Below, piece by piece: positions 1 through 12,799 of a stretch of DNA of 64,000 bases. A program made the translations under genes and the position numbers. This stretch comes from Octopus vulgaris (Eukaryota). Positions within the stretch are counted from its first letter, which is position 1, and every line of letters starts with the position of its first letter. The stretch is from positions 15,190,001 to 15,254,000 of the forward strand of contig OX597823.1 of NCBI GenBank assembly GCA_951406725.2. The letters are read 5' to 3'. The notes under the pieces were generated by a model. The model saw nothing but the letters and a program-made list of their open reading frames with translations. It was not told where the DNA came from and searched no databases.

Positions 1-644
1 CGGGAATCGAACTCATAACCTTACGATCATGAGCCGAATGCCCTAACCACTAAGCCACGCGCCCTCACTATATTTTACTATTACACAGCATATAACCTAA
101 GCTATTTTATGTACATATATTTAATCTCCCGGTGAAGGTTCTTGTGGGTTACAATTAGTAGTATTAACATTATGGTCTAAATCAGTCACGGGCACTGAAT
201 GGTAGTGATGGTGACGGCGGCGATAGCTGTTGCAGCGGTGGCGACGATGATGATGACGATGGTGAGGACACCTACCACTTACAGTTACCATATTTGAATT
301 ACTCTAGCGTTCCAGGAAACTCTTTTTATCATCACAATTAAGTCAGTTATTCACAACCTTTACTCAGAGAAAGATTTTAGCCTAGACATGAGAAATATAG
401 TGAAACATTAATTACTTATATAATGTATATGACAGACGTCTACTGTAGTAAGTTAATTTGCTTTTGATATATAACTTACATCGTAGTAAAGTGGGCAGTT
501 TTTTTTTACAGCAGGTAAGTAAATAATCGTTCCCATTGTACAAATTTCACAGTTTGGTCCACTGAACTATGTTGACAACAGAACACATAGCATATACATT
601 TCAGCTTGGCAGATATTACCGTTGTGAGGTAAATGTAATCATTT

Positions 645-807
645 AGGCGCAGGAGTGGCTGTGTGGTAAGTAGCTTGCTTACCAACCACATGGTTCCGGA
701 TTCAGTCTCAATGCGTGGTACCTTGGGCAAGTGCCTTCTACTATAGCCTCGGGAAGCCCAAGCCTTGTGAGTGGATTTGGTAGACGGAAACTGAAAGAAG
801 CCCGTCG

Positions 808-840
<33 letters not shown>

Positions 841-1230
841 AGTTAATCCAAACAAGAAACCACAGAAAAAAAGAGAAAAAAAACATAGCAACGCGAGGAC
901 GTGGAACAATTAAAGTATTATTGACGCTCAGGAAAGAAGGGAAGGAGGGTTTAACGTTTCGAGCGGAGCTCTTCGTCGGAAACAAGGAGAAGGAAAGATC
1001 CCAAGAAGGGAAAACAGAGGAAAAAATATTTTTGCTGGTGGTGCTCAAGAGATCACATGTTGAAACCGATGCCGGTGTGTTTACGTCCCCGTAACTTAGC
1101 GATTCGGCAAACGAGACCGATAGAATAAGTACTAGGCTTACAAAGAATAAGTCCTGGGGTCGATTTGCTCGACTAAAGGTGGTACTCCATCATGGCCGCA
1201 GTCAAATGACTGAAACAAGTAAAAGAGTAA
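645..1230 (+). mobile_element. SINE family 1 (tRNA-like head, CORE-like ACCTTGGGCAAGT, internal microsatellite), interrupted by element 841-1060
   Basis: Near-identical to the copies at 2695-3088 and 60873-61253. Confidence 0.88.
949..983 (-). ncRNA. Variant minimal hammerhead motif
   Basis: Minus strand reads GTTT-CCGACGA-A-GAGC-tcc-GCTC-GAAA-C-GTT|AAAC, with a core U4>C change. It lies in element 841-1060, which is related to 39452-39655. Confidence 0.55.
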
Positions 1231-2027
1231 ATGAGTATTTGCTAGGAAAATAACGCAGTAATGATGATGGAATATGCCCGTGACGTCATCCTCATTTTTG
1301 ACGAACAGCTTTTGGTCAACCATACCATTTAAACTGAACTTGAATTTTAAAGAAACTGTAACAACGACAAATAATAAATTTATAAATAATCTGACGTAAG
1401 AATTTTTTAAATCTAAAGTTTAGTCAAATATTTTACATGTTTTTATGGGTATCTATTTTGGAGACACGTAGGATTCGAGACAAATCACATTACGTAAAAG
1501 GAAGAAGGAATATGAGAATGGGGAAGAAAGTGTTTTCTCAATTTCTACTCCAGTAAATTTATTGACTGGTGAATGAATGTTGAGAGAACAGTCCGAGTGA
1601 ATGGCCCTGCTCTGAGATTGCGTCTCTTGACCGGAAAAGGCGGCTGAAAGAGGGGCACCGTTCTGTAGTATCCTTGTCACTCAGGAGTGATTCAGATGCT
1701 GTGGAGTTCCTTGGTGCCGTGGAGTTCCTTGGTGCTGTGGGGTTCCTGGATGGTACTATTGTGTATTGGGGAGTTTTGACGTCATTAGTTTTTTGTTATT
1801 GTTTCATTTTGTACACGTGTACATGTAAATCCCCACTATCATTTATCTTTGTATTGCTCGAAATGTTTCGTGGCTTTTGTGAGGAATAAAGCAAACATTA
1901 ATTCTTATTTCGATAGATTACGGATGAGATCGACGTATTTTTTTTTCTATTCGTTTTATGTTGATGAAATAAGATTGACTAATATAATTTTCAATTGATT
2001 TTATTTTGTCTTGCTTTGGCTTTTTAG

Positions 2028-2179
2028 TGTTCAGGGAAACGCGGCTACCACGTGTCCTAAGTTGCCCAAACAATCACCTTTTACTGGTGTCTGGAAAGAA
2101 GCAGACATGTCTCAATGTAATAATACTAAATGGATCAATCCAGAACTCAAGAAAATGAAAGACCGTCGTATCAAAAATT
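2028..2179 (+). CDS. aGPCR exon A (HRM C-terminal part)
   Basis: tttttag|..|gtgagt. Reads VQGNAATTCPKLPKQSPFTGVWKEADMSQCNNTKWINPELKKMKDRRIKN and ends in phase 1. An alternative in-frame acceptor would start the exon at 2035. Confidence 0.8.
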
Positions 2180-2213
2180 GTGAGTGACAAGTCAATTGTT
2201 TCCGACACTATTA

Positions 2214-2276
<63 letters not shown>

Positions 2277-2408
2277 CAGCAGCAGCTGTTGTTGTTGCTT
2301 TGGTTTTACTGTTTTGTGCACCCCTAATAGTTAATATATGAGTGTGTGTGTGTGTGTAGATACATAAAACGTATGTATTGTGCGCATATTTATACACATA
2401 TACACACA

Positions 2409-2440
<32 letters not shown>

Positions 2441-2694
2441 GATATATATATTTATAATAATAAGGGCTTTTTGCAACAAGTTGCTTAAACCACATACCGA
2501 AAATATTAGAAATAGCAGTCAAAGGGCTACTATTTCTTTTACTACAAAAATAAGACTCCACAAACAACAGTATTTATAACTCACATATGGTTAAAAAAAA
2601 AAGGAAGAAAAACAACGAAACCACACAGTCTCCGGATTAATTATGGACGTACGTTTCTGGATTAGAATCGTAAAGTTCATTTCCTTATCAACAT

Positions 2695-3088
2695 AGGCGC
2701 AGGAGTGGCTGTGTGGTAAGTAGGTTGCTTACCAACCACATGGTTCCGGGTTCAGTCCCACTGCGTGGCACCTTGGGCAAGTGTCTTCTACTATAGCCTC
2801 GAGCCGACCAAAGCCTTGTGAGTGGATTTGGTAGACGGAAACTGAAAGAAGCCCGTCGTGTATATGTATATATATATGTGTGTGTGTTTGTGTGTCTGCG
2901 TTTGTCCCTCTAGCATTGCTTGACAACCGATGCTGGTGTGTTTACGTCCCCGTCACTTAGCGGTTCGGCAAAAGAGTCCGATAGAATAAGTACTGGGCTT
3001 ACAAGGAATAAGTCCCGGGGTCGATTTGCTCGACTAAAGGTGGTGCTCCAGCATGGCCGCAGTCAACTGACTGAAACAAGTAAAAGAG
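2695..3088 (+). mobile_element. SINE family 1, full length
   Basis: AGGCGCAGGAGTGGCTGTGTGG..GTTCAGTCCC..CAGCATGGCCGCAGTCAA.TGACTGAAACAAGTAAAAGAG. Confidence 0.9.
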
Positions 3089-3469
3089 AGAGAGTAGAAG
3101 AGTATAGTATTTCCAATAAATCTAGAAATGCTAGGAAAAACTTACCTTTTATATTTTCGATCAAGCGACATCGAAAGATAGAAAAGTCCACAAGCATATC
3201 CACATTTATATAGACAAGTGAATTCGTATCTCCCTCCAAAATCTCACCACTTTCAATTTCGACCAAAATTACAGTGTTCGATTATGAGACTGACGATGTG
3301 TGAATAATGAAAGTCATGTTTTTTTCCGAATTAGTTACGTCTGTATTATAATAAAGAAAATGTACGCATAAATATTGTATTAAAATAAGCCACAACCAAA
3401 AAAAATTGCATTAAACGACATCCATTTCTCTATATGTTATGAGAAAATACAATCACACGCACACACACA

Positions 3470-3522
<53 letters not shown>

Positions 3523-3794
3523 AAAAAAGATGTATGCATATGTATTTATGGGCGAAGGTAAAGAATACACACACTCGGTGTTTAGGGTTAGGGTTAAGCC
3601 TAAAACGGGTGGTGTACGTATTCTTTATCTCCTATTTATGTACGTGTGTATGAAAGATAATGTGTGTGTGAAAAAGAGAGAGAAAGAGAGACAGACGGAC
3701 AGACAGACAAACAGACAGGGCGAGTGAGTGACACACATACATGCAAAAAAATTCATCCATCACAACATACACCTTCAATCACTCACTCACTCTT

Positions 3795-3838
<44 letters not shown>

Positions 3839-4301
3839 GTACGTCCATTTCATATACACGTATACCTTTGACTTTCTCCTCTCACTTCAATGCAAATGTC
3901 GCTTTTTTTACTCTCAATTTCTTCTCTCTTCAAAGCATAAAGAAGTTAAAAGAATTTTACGGAAATTATCGAACAATCATATGATCCCATATATGTCGAG
4001 TTGACAACTTTGCTTCTTCAAACGAAAGAATGCCGTAAAATACTTCGAATTCCATCGTTTAAAAAAAAAACGATTTATAACATTGTGTAGTAATGTGTGA
4101 CATGACTATTGCAACTAAAATCATAGAGTAAGAAACACTGTGGATTAGATTTAGAGCAATTAACGAACCAGTAGTGAACTGAATGTTTTTTGTTAGATCT
4201 GATATCTTTGTTAGGTTCCAGTGACCCAATAATAGTAATGTGACGCTGAATTTTCATTCAATAAATTCTTCTCAAATTAACCGTTCAATTTCCCATTGCA
4301 G

Positions 4302-4521
4302 GTCATATTGAATATTTATCCAAAAAACTGTTAAATATTTCCCAGAAATCAGTTTATTTCAAAAAAATCGATGTTGTCCTGGCTGTAGCTATTTATGAGA
4401 AGATAATGCTATGTATACCGAATGCAACAAAAGAAGATTTACTTCGTACCATCAACAATATCATAAACACACCAGAGAAGATTTTGATTGAAGCAGAAAA
4501 ATCCAACAGAAGTGTCAGCAG
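4302..4521 (+). CDS. aGPCR exon B (GAIN subdomain A)
   Basis: ttgcag|..|gtaaaa, phase 1 to 2. HIEYLSKKLLNISQKSVYFKKIDVVLAVAIYEKI...LLRTINNIINTPEKILIEAEKSNRSVS. Confidence 0.9.
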
Positions 4522-4717
4522 GTAAAACCTAAATCACATTTGCTGCAATTGTACTAATGTAAGTAGTAGTAGTAGTAGTAGTGGTAGTGGTGGTGGTGGT
4601 GGTGGTGGTGGTGGTGGTGGTGGTGGTGGTGGTGGAGGTAGTAGCAGCAGCAGCAGCAACTGTAGTGGTGATTGCGGTGGTGGCTGCTGCTACAATTATT
4701 GTCTTCTAGAATACATT

Positions 4718-5336
4718 CTTTTCTTTTCTACTCCAGGCACAAGGCTCGAAATTTTGGGGGAGGTGGCCACTCGATTAGATCGACTCCAGTACGCAACTGG
4801 TACTTAATTTATCGAGTTCAAAAGGATGAACGGTAAAGTCGACCTCGGCGGAATTTGAACTCAGAACGTTAAGACAGACGAAATGCCGCTAAGCATTACG
4901 CCCGGCGTGATAACGTTTCTTATTTCTTTATTGCCCACAAGGGGCTACACACAGAGGGGACAAACAAGGACAGACAAACGGATTAAGTCGATTATAACGA
5001 CCCCAGTGCGTAACTGGTAGTTAATTTATCGACCCCAAAAGGATGAAAGGCAAAGTCGACCTCGGCGGAATTTGAATTCAGAATGTAACGGCAGACAAAA
5101 TACCTATTTCGTTACTACCCACAAGGGACTAAACACAGAGGGGACAAACAAGGACAGACAAACTGATTAAGTCGATTATATCGACCCCAGCGCGTAACTG
5201 GTACTTATTTAATCGACCCCGAAAGGATGAATGGCAAAGTCGACCTCGGCGGAATTTGAACTCAGAACGTAGCGGCAGACGAAATACCTCTAAGCATTTC
5301 GCCCGTCGTGCAAACGATTCTGCCAGCTCGCCGCTT
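4718..5336 (-). mobile_element. SINE-like family 4, three tandem units (also -12137-12268, +23083-23300, -54635-54803, -59190-59420)
   Basis: Repeated GTTCTGAGTTCAAATTCCGCCGAGGTCGACTTTGCCTTTCATCCTTTCGGGGTCG core, with a B-box-like GTTCAAATTCC. Confidence 0.85.
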
Positions 5337-5694
5337 TATTTTCTAGAATACATTGTAAGAGTAATGACAACATACATATTTTATTTTAGTTGCTTTTTAT
5401 TTATTTATATATTTATCTTATAGATATTCCAGAAAATAGAGTGACATAATTCTCTTCAATAGTTAGCTGAGAGTGACGGAAAACTGAGTAAGATAGATTA
5501 AGGAACAAAGGTCATAATTCTAAATGGAATCGCTTTTTCTAGAAATTTATACTTTCTCATAAACTACGCTTATATTAATATATTGCAGTGTTATTTTAAG
5601 TTCCTCATAAAGCAATTCAGAGCATCCATTATATCTCACCGGCGCTATATGCTGAACGTAATATAGTGAATAATTATTTTATTGTAGTAAAATG

Positions 5695-7263
5695 TAAACA
5701 CTCAATTGAAAGTAATACAAAAAGTTGTAACAACTTTTTTTTCATTAACTGCTAAAGGTTATTTAAACTGCATATGCTGGTAGAGGAATTCTTCCTTCAC
5801 ACATAGTGTCCTTCATAAGCGATGCATTTGCACCATCACTAAATTCAACTCCCGAATCCCTTAAAAAAAAATCATTCAGGTGTGTATTGTTGTAAACCCT
5901 TTTACCTCGTCTGTGTCACCATATCGTTGGCTGAGGATTCTTCTTCATTGGACTGAACTAGTGAATGTTGAAGGACGTTAGATACGAGTTTTACGGTGTA
6001 TGGGACCTTACACAACAGTCCAATTTACCGGTTCCCTGATTTGTTATCAAAGATGTGTAGTCGCGAACTATCATGGTAAATGTTAATAGTCTTCAGATTG
6101 TTGTTCGGTCTATTCTCCTTAATGGCTTCTCTAAACTTCTTTTTTTTTTGTGGTTGGGCAGGGGTAGTTTTCGAGAGTCTTGTACCAATTTTATGCACAC
6201 AACGGCCATATTCTAGAAAACCAAAGCAAACAAGTTTCTTATCATCCCTTATCATTCACCATGACTTTCTGTACTCACAATACCCTTGAAGAAGTGTGAA
6301 GCCATTCCACGAACTGAGCCTCCGTTTCCGGATCATAAACATACATCTACGTTTCATTCCCTGTCACCGGAACTGCGTCTTTATTGGCTTCAAACGCTTC
6401 CAGCAGATCACGCCAGGCTTCTGCTTCAAATTGAGCCTCAATTGTTGATGTATCAAATCGAGTTTCAACTGTTGAGGTATCAAATCGAGTCTCAACTGTT
6501 GATGTATCAAATCGAGTCTCAACTGTTGATGTATCAAATCGAGTCTCAACTATTGATGTATCAAATCGAGTCTCAACTGTTGATGTATCAAATCGAGTCT
6601 CAACTGTTGATGTATCAAATCGAGTCTCAACTGTTGATGTATCAAATCGAGTCTCAACTGTTGATGTATCAAATCGAGTCTCAACTGTTGATGTATCAAA
6701 TCTAGTCTCAACTGTTGATGTATCAAATCGAGTCTCAACTGTTGATGTATCAAATCGAGTCTCAACAGTTGATGTATCAACTTTGCACGCACTTCTCGAC
6801 ACGCAAAATCTTATACCATCTTCTGTAATGCATCGTGTTCACATTTCAGTTGTGCAGTGCATGCACAGGCTGTGACTCGTTTGTTCATGCAAATCAATTC
6901 TTCTGTTCACTGGCGATTCGTGTCAGCAGACACAGTTCGTCTCCTGCTGCATACTTTATCTTCAACGTTGGTTTCCCTTTCCTTAAACTTCTTCCATGTA
7001 TGTGCAGTAGTATTGTCAATAGTGTCATCCACGTAAACAATATTCCATGAATGTAAGACAGCTTGCAATTCCACCTTCGTCGAATAATCAATGATGGCAC
7101 GTTGCTTCAGCTTAGAACCCATTATTTGCCTGCAACGAAGAAGAGTAGAAATAAAAGTTATTCCAGAAGAAGAATTTCTCCACCAGCAGCGTGTACAATT
7201 TGAACGACCTACGCCAGTAAAAAAATACTATGCTGTCTTTGCATTACTTTTGGTGATCCCTCG
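5695..7263 (-). mobile_element. Decayed mariner transposon
   Basis: Minus-strand fragments MGSKLKQRAII, KFKERETNVED, VTGNET*MYVYDPETEAQFVEW and KFREAIKENRP..IYHDSSRLH. TIR-like TA|CGAGGGATCACCAAAAGTAATGCA at 7241-7265. Confidence 0.85.
6426..6780. repeat. 27-bp minisatellite, about 13 copies
   Basis: Unit CTCAACTGTTGATGTATCAAATCGAGT repeats every 27 nt from 6437 to 6761. Confidence 0.97.
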
Positions 7264-8762
7264 TAATCATTGCTCTTTAGCATTGGTACATCGTGAAACA
7301 TTTTAGTAGGGAATATGCAGTCAAATGACCTGACCTCAATACTTAACTTATACATTACATTATTGTTCCCAGGAAACTGAAAAGAAGGTTGACTTCGGTG
7401 GAATGTACAAATAATTATTACAGAAATAGCACCATGCTGTAGACTGATAAGCTGCTGCTCTCACACTTTTCAACTAGTGTGATAGACCACGAGCACAATC
7501 ATCATTCTCACCAGCCTTTTACTGTCTAACATACAGCCGTCGACTTACAACAGATACTAATTATAATAAAGAATAGATAGATTAGTTCCAATATTAACAT
7601 TTATAAAACAAAAACAAAAGAAGATAATAAATTATAATTAAAGATAACACTCTCGAAATAAATGTTCCGTTTTCAGTATTTTAGTAAATATTTGAATGGT
7701 GATCATATAAATAATGTGTGACCGAGAAAATGGTACGGAAATGTCAGCATTTAGGTTTTTCTGCTCTTTTTGAGAATGTTTATTTCATGTAGTTTTATAC
7801 ACTCAAGGACTATATTCGTTTTAAAATACACAAATGCATTCCTTAGTTATTCCGTTTCGTCGACCATTTATTTAATTAATCTTTGTTCTCCTAATCCTGT
7901 CCCTCCACATCATCATCATCATTATCATCATTATCATCATCATCATTATTGTCGTGATCATCATCATCGTTTGCTGTAATTACAATCCGTCCAATGAAAA
8001 CTAGAATAGATTACAAAGGAGAACAATTTTGAACATAATTTCTGTTGAGTTAGCTTTTTCACTTCCTTTAGACTAAAATTGACATGCTGATTTCAAAACT
8101 ACAAAACTACACTCAGTTTTATTCTACCACGTCAAGTGCTTTTTCAACCGTTTTTTTTTTTTATCAACCGCTTACTCCCTAAGCACAATTGTATTGTTTG
8201 TCTAGAAGTAACAGTGTTGGTCGGCAGCTTATATTATTTATTGATGATAAATTGTATGATTAAACAAATTCTTACATACTATCAGACGAAGATCAAAAGA
8301 TAAATGCATGGGATTCTTTACTCCCTCCAACTGCAGAATATATCAAAGATTTCTAGATCTCCCATGAAAACTAATTATTATCACATAGGCCATCACCGCT
8401 TTCATAGCAATCTAGAATTTAGCCCGTGAAATATGGCGCCTATATGGATTCAATATATTTATTGCTATCAACAGCTTCGGTCTCTCTCTCTGGAATATAC
8501 CAAAATGTATGGATATGTGGCTCTCAGACGTCCACATCCACTACGACAAAGGATTTTGTTTCTGAGATTAAAATTATAATCTACTTTCATGTGTGCCTCT
8601 GATTCTTCTTTCGTTCATTACCAATATTGATAGTTTCTTTCATTATCAATGTCGATAGAGGACAAATGAACTTTATACTACAAATTGTTGAACCTCCAGT
8701 TCACATCTACGGCATGCGTTCTAGTGTAAGCTTAAAAAAGATTCATAAAACATATTAGGACT

Positions 8763-8905
8763 ACAGTTCTATATCTAAGAGACGAGGAATTATGTACATT
8801 ATTTACATTAATTACATTTGTTAAATATGCCCACGGGAATATGGCGTAGTGGTTAAGAGCGCGGGCTACTAACCCCAATATTCCGAGTTCGATTCCGGGC
8901 AGTGA

Positions 8906-8961
<56 letters not shown>

Positions 8962-9120
8962 TCGAAAAATACTTATGAATGAGAACCCAGGTTCGAAATT
9001 TCCCCAAGACACCTGATGAAGGCTGGAGGGTGTATCAGCCGAAACGTTGTGTTAACAACAAACAAGATGAGGACAAATATCCATCAAATGTAAATATCAT
9101 AAATAATGTAAATTAGAACT
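8763..9120 (+). mobile_element. tRNA-headed element with (AAT)n spacer, hammerhead and inverted terminal copy
   Basis: A box TGGCGTAGTGG 8842-8852, B box GTTCGATTCC 8887-8896, (AAT)n 8910-8959, hammerhead 9008-9053. 8795-8820 is an imperfect inverted copy of 9085-9110. Confidence 0.7.
9008..9053 (+). ncRNA. Minimal (Penelope-type) hammerhead motif
   Basis: GACAC-CTGATGA-A-GGCTG..CAGCC-GAAA-C-GTT|GTGTT. Stem III is a loopless palindrome (AACGTT). Confidence 0.75.
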
Positions 9121-10260
9121 ATATGATACGCTTTATGGGGTGTAATCAATGTCTTATTTATGTCAGATTATCTTTAATCCATTTAATGTCATCAACCTTA
9201 CTATGGTAGCATTTACGTTATGTTTTTCGATAATTATTGTTACCGTTATATAGCGTTACAATTTACTTCAGTTTATAATAGAATAATCAATTGAGGTCAA
9301 CCCTGTCTCACATATACACACATACACTCACACACTCACTAACACACTCACACATGCATTGTTATCATGATGATATAGAGTTTAGTGATCTATAGATAAG
9401 TATCTTAAAGGTCCCCCGATATACATTAAGCATTTACTTTAATTTGTAGATCTAATGTCACAGTTTTCTAGGATCTGAGAGAAAGCAATAAGAAACTTCT
9501 TCAAGAATTGTCGCCATTAGCTCTTAGAAGTTGAGGTGCTCATGATAGAAAATCAAGAGAAATCCAGAATGAACAGAAGCAAGAGAGTGGGAGGGAGGAA
9601 AGTAGAGAGAGGGGGTAAGAGGGGGAGGAAAGAGAGGGTGAGTAAGAAAGATGTGAGCTAATGGAAACATTTCTTGAAGGTACTCTAGCAGTAGTTTCTC
9701 ATAACTCCCTCTTAATATATTAGCTCCATAAACTAACGAAAATTTTTATCAATAATACAGTGATCCTTAATATACTTATTGCACAAAACTCTACATATCT
9801 CAATCCATGCTTCATATTTAAAATTGGCAAGACTACACCAATGAGTGCTAAGTGTTTTCTTACAGAGACACAACATTACAACAATTAACTGTTGCTAATT
9901 TATATATTAGTGGATTTATATTCTGGTGAAATTCGTGTGACGGGAATATATTCAGTGTTGGCTTTGATTTTATTTAACTGGCAATAGCAGCAGCAGGGAT
10001 AACAAGAGAAGTTGTATCATCGTCATATGGAAAATAGCTGCAAAGTAGCCGAAACAATATGAGTAATTACAGTTGTGGTATATAAACTAATTTTAATGTA
10101 GTTATAACTACTTACTGAATTTCTTCGCTCCCTTTACGACATTGGCGTTCAATGGTTTTTTCTCGCTTGAATCCTTGTTTTTCCTTTCAGGTTTTGCAGT
10201 TTCACGTCATATGTTTCCCTAAGGGAAGGCCTTCCTCGCTTAGCTCTTGTGGGTTTTGAA

Positions 10261-10472
10261 TTTACTCTTTTACTCTTTTACTTGTTTCAGTCATTTGACT
10301 GCGGCCATGCTGGAGCACCGCCTTTAGTCGAGCAAATCGACCCCGGGACTTATTCTTTGTAAGCCCAGTACTTATTCTATCGGTCTCTTTTGCCGAACCG
10401 CTAAGTGACGGGGTTATAAACACACCAGCATCGGTTGTAAAACAATGCTAGGGGACAAACACAGACACACAA

Positions 10473-10557
<85 letters not shown>

Positions 10558-10723
10558 TACGACAGGCTTCTTTCAGTTTCCGTCTACCAAATCCACTCAC
10601 AAGGCATTGGTCGGCCCGGGGCTATAGCAGAAGACACTTGCCCAAGATGCCACGCAGTGGGACTGAACCCGGAACCATGTGGTTGGTTAGCAAGCTACTT
10701 ACCACACAGCCACTCCTGCGCCT
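10261..10723 (-). mobile_element. SINE family 1
   Basis: Reverse complement of 2695-3088. Confidence 0.9.
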
Positions 10724-10989
10724 ATCATTGTCATCGATACTTCTGTAACTTTGCTTTCTTTTTACACAGCAGATAATGAAAATTGTGATTGAAATGTTTT
10801 CGCCTCTGACTTAATGTACTGTTAATGGTAATACATGAACTTTAGCTGTTTATTAAACACTGTATATTCTACCATGTGTACCCCTTTGTAGTAAACTAAA
10901 AATTAGATTTACAAGTTTAGCTTTGAAAAGGATTTGAATAAATAGGATTCAATGTCATAAATTGAACGGTTTTGTTCGCTTTCTCACAG

Positions 10990-11161
10990 AATACTGGATA
11001 TTATGGGAAACGTGTCAGAAAAACTTCAAGTAGAGGAGAAGCAGTTCAAAGCCTTATATTCCAAACTTGGCATTGGTATTACCAAAGTGAATAAGAATAA
11101 TTTCCAAGGTCTTTTCTATGGTATTTTACCGGCAACCAGTAAAACTAAAGCAAAAAATGTG
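10990..11161 (+). CDS. aGPCR exon C (GAIN)
   Basis: ctcacag|..|gtaaat, phase 2 to 0. ILDIMGNVSEKLQVEEKQFKALYSKLGIGITKVNKNNFQGLFYGIL... Confidence 0.9.
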
Positions 11162-12088
11162 GTAAATATTTTCTCAAGTTTACTTTGTTATTAAACTTTT
11201 GTTCTAAATACTAACGATAAAAACTACGGTAGTATGTAATATATCTTTATTGCTGTATGAATTAGTATTGTATGTGTGTGTGTGTGGAGAGAGAGAGAGA
11301 GAGATTTTGAAGTGATGTACAGATATTGTATATTTAGAATAATAAGTTAGTCAGAATGCTGGATGATTATATAGACTTTTTTTTTATTTACATCTTATTT
11401 ACATTTTTAGCGCTTCCTTCCGTTATCGAATTTATCAAAAAGTAGATTAAAATTAGATTTCTTGGCCTTTTAATATATAAAAAAAATGGTGTGAGGTTAG
11501 CCAAGCAAGGAAGAAGAACGAAGAAAAAATTTTTGAGAAGGAGAGGAAGGTAAAGAGGCGAGGCTTTTGTATTGGTATGGTCACACTTGTTAGCTTAGTA
11601 TTTTGTGGCTTTTTATGTGGGGAAAGAAAAATACTTTTGTATTTGAATTGTTCAAGGATTTTATTGAAAAACCAGATGTTTTTTGATTTTCTTCAGCAAA
11701 AAATTATAATTACATTTCCAGGTCTTCTTTTGTATTCATTAAAGAATAGTTGCATGGATATGGTCACTCGGACAAAAATCAAGAGTAGTGGCTACAATGA
11801 CCAAAACTTTCCAAATCTATGACCACTTCAAATAAAATACAATAAGTCTTTTTCCTTCCCTACCTTAAAAGGCCACTAAGTATTAAACAAAGTCTGACTA
11901 TACCAATACAAAAGCCACGCCTCTTTACCTCCCTCTCCTTCAAATTTTATTTCTTTATTCTTCTCCCTTGCTTGGCAAACCCCACAATACGTTTTATATG
12001 TAAAATGGCCAAAAAATATATCTTTAAACCACTTTTCGATTAATACGATAACGGAAGAAAGCGCTATAGATGTAAATAAAATGTAAAT

Positions 12089-12138
<50 letters not shown>

Positions 12139-12339
12139 CCAGTGCGTAACTGGTACTTAATTTATCGACCCCGAAAGGATGAAAGGCAAAGTCGACCTCG
12201 GCGGAATTTGAACTCGAACGTAACGACAGACGAAATACGGCTGAATCTCTGCTAACGTTTCTACCAGCTATTATATATATGTATATGTATGCATACATAT
12301 ATGCATATATATATATATGTATAAATGCATATATATATA

Positions 12340-12415
<76 letters not shown>

Positions 12416-12629
12416 TGCACACAGCGATGCAGCACGGACTTTGTCAGTGAATAGGTCGCGGATTTTAGCGACGAAAATATTTTGACAAATTAAACTTAAA
12501 TGTTGAAGTGAATCGAACGGCTTTTGTGTGTTTCTTAAATGGCTTATAAACACCTTCCACGCTGCAATTGTTTTCGTTTCAGCACACGATCTCAGATCAA
12601 ATTACTTGCTATGCGAGTACATCTCCGTA

Positions 12630-12748
<119 letters not shown>

Positions 12749-12799
12749 TACATTGCAAATGTATACACACTTTAACAGCTGATAGCTTAAATTTCAAAT

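Noticed and set aside
553-628. First coding exon MLTTEHIAYTFQLGRYYRCE joined to 2035
   Set aside because: It is phase-compatible but has no signal peptide or clear HRM motif, so I cannot support it without transcripts.
1453-1889. Coding exon containing an 18-bp triple repeat (GAVEFL / APRNST)
   Set aside because: I found no convincing splice sites or recognisable domain, and it does not fit the aGPCR frame.
6426-6780. CRISPR-like regular array or repeat protein
   Set aside because: The units are contiguous with no unique spacers, there are no cas genes, the context is eukaryotic, and the array lies inside a mariner relic.
7980-8700. Possible LINE endonuclease relic on the minus strand (similar hints at 18900-19620, 32420-33050, 55400-55900)
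   Set aside because: Too degenerate to assign by eye. A translated HMM search would be needed.
8829-8908. Functional tRNA gene
   Set aside because: A and B boxes are present, but the acceptor stem does not pair well and there is no adjacent poly-T terminator. I treat it as a SINE-type head, and likewise the other SINE heads.
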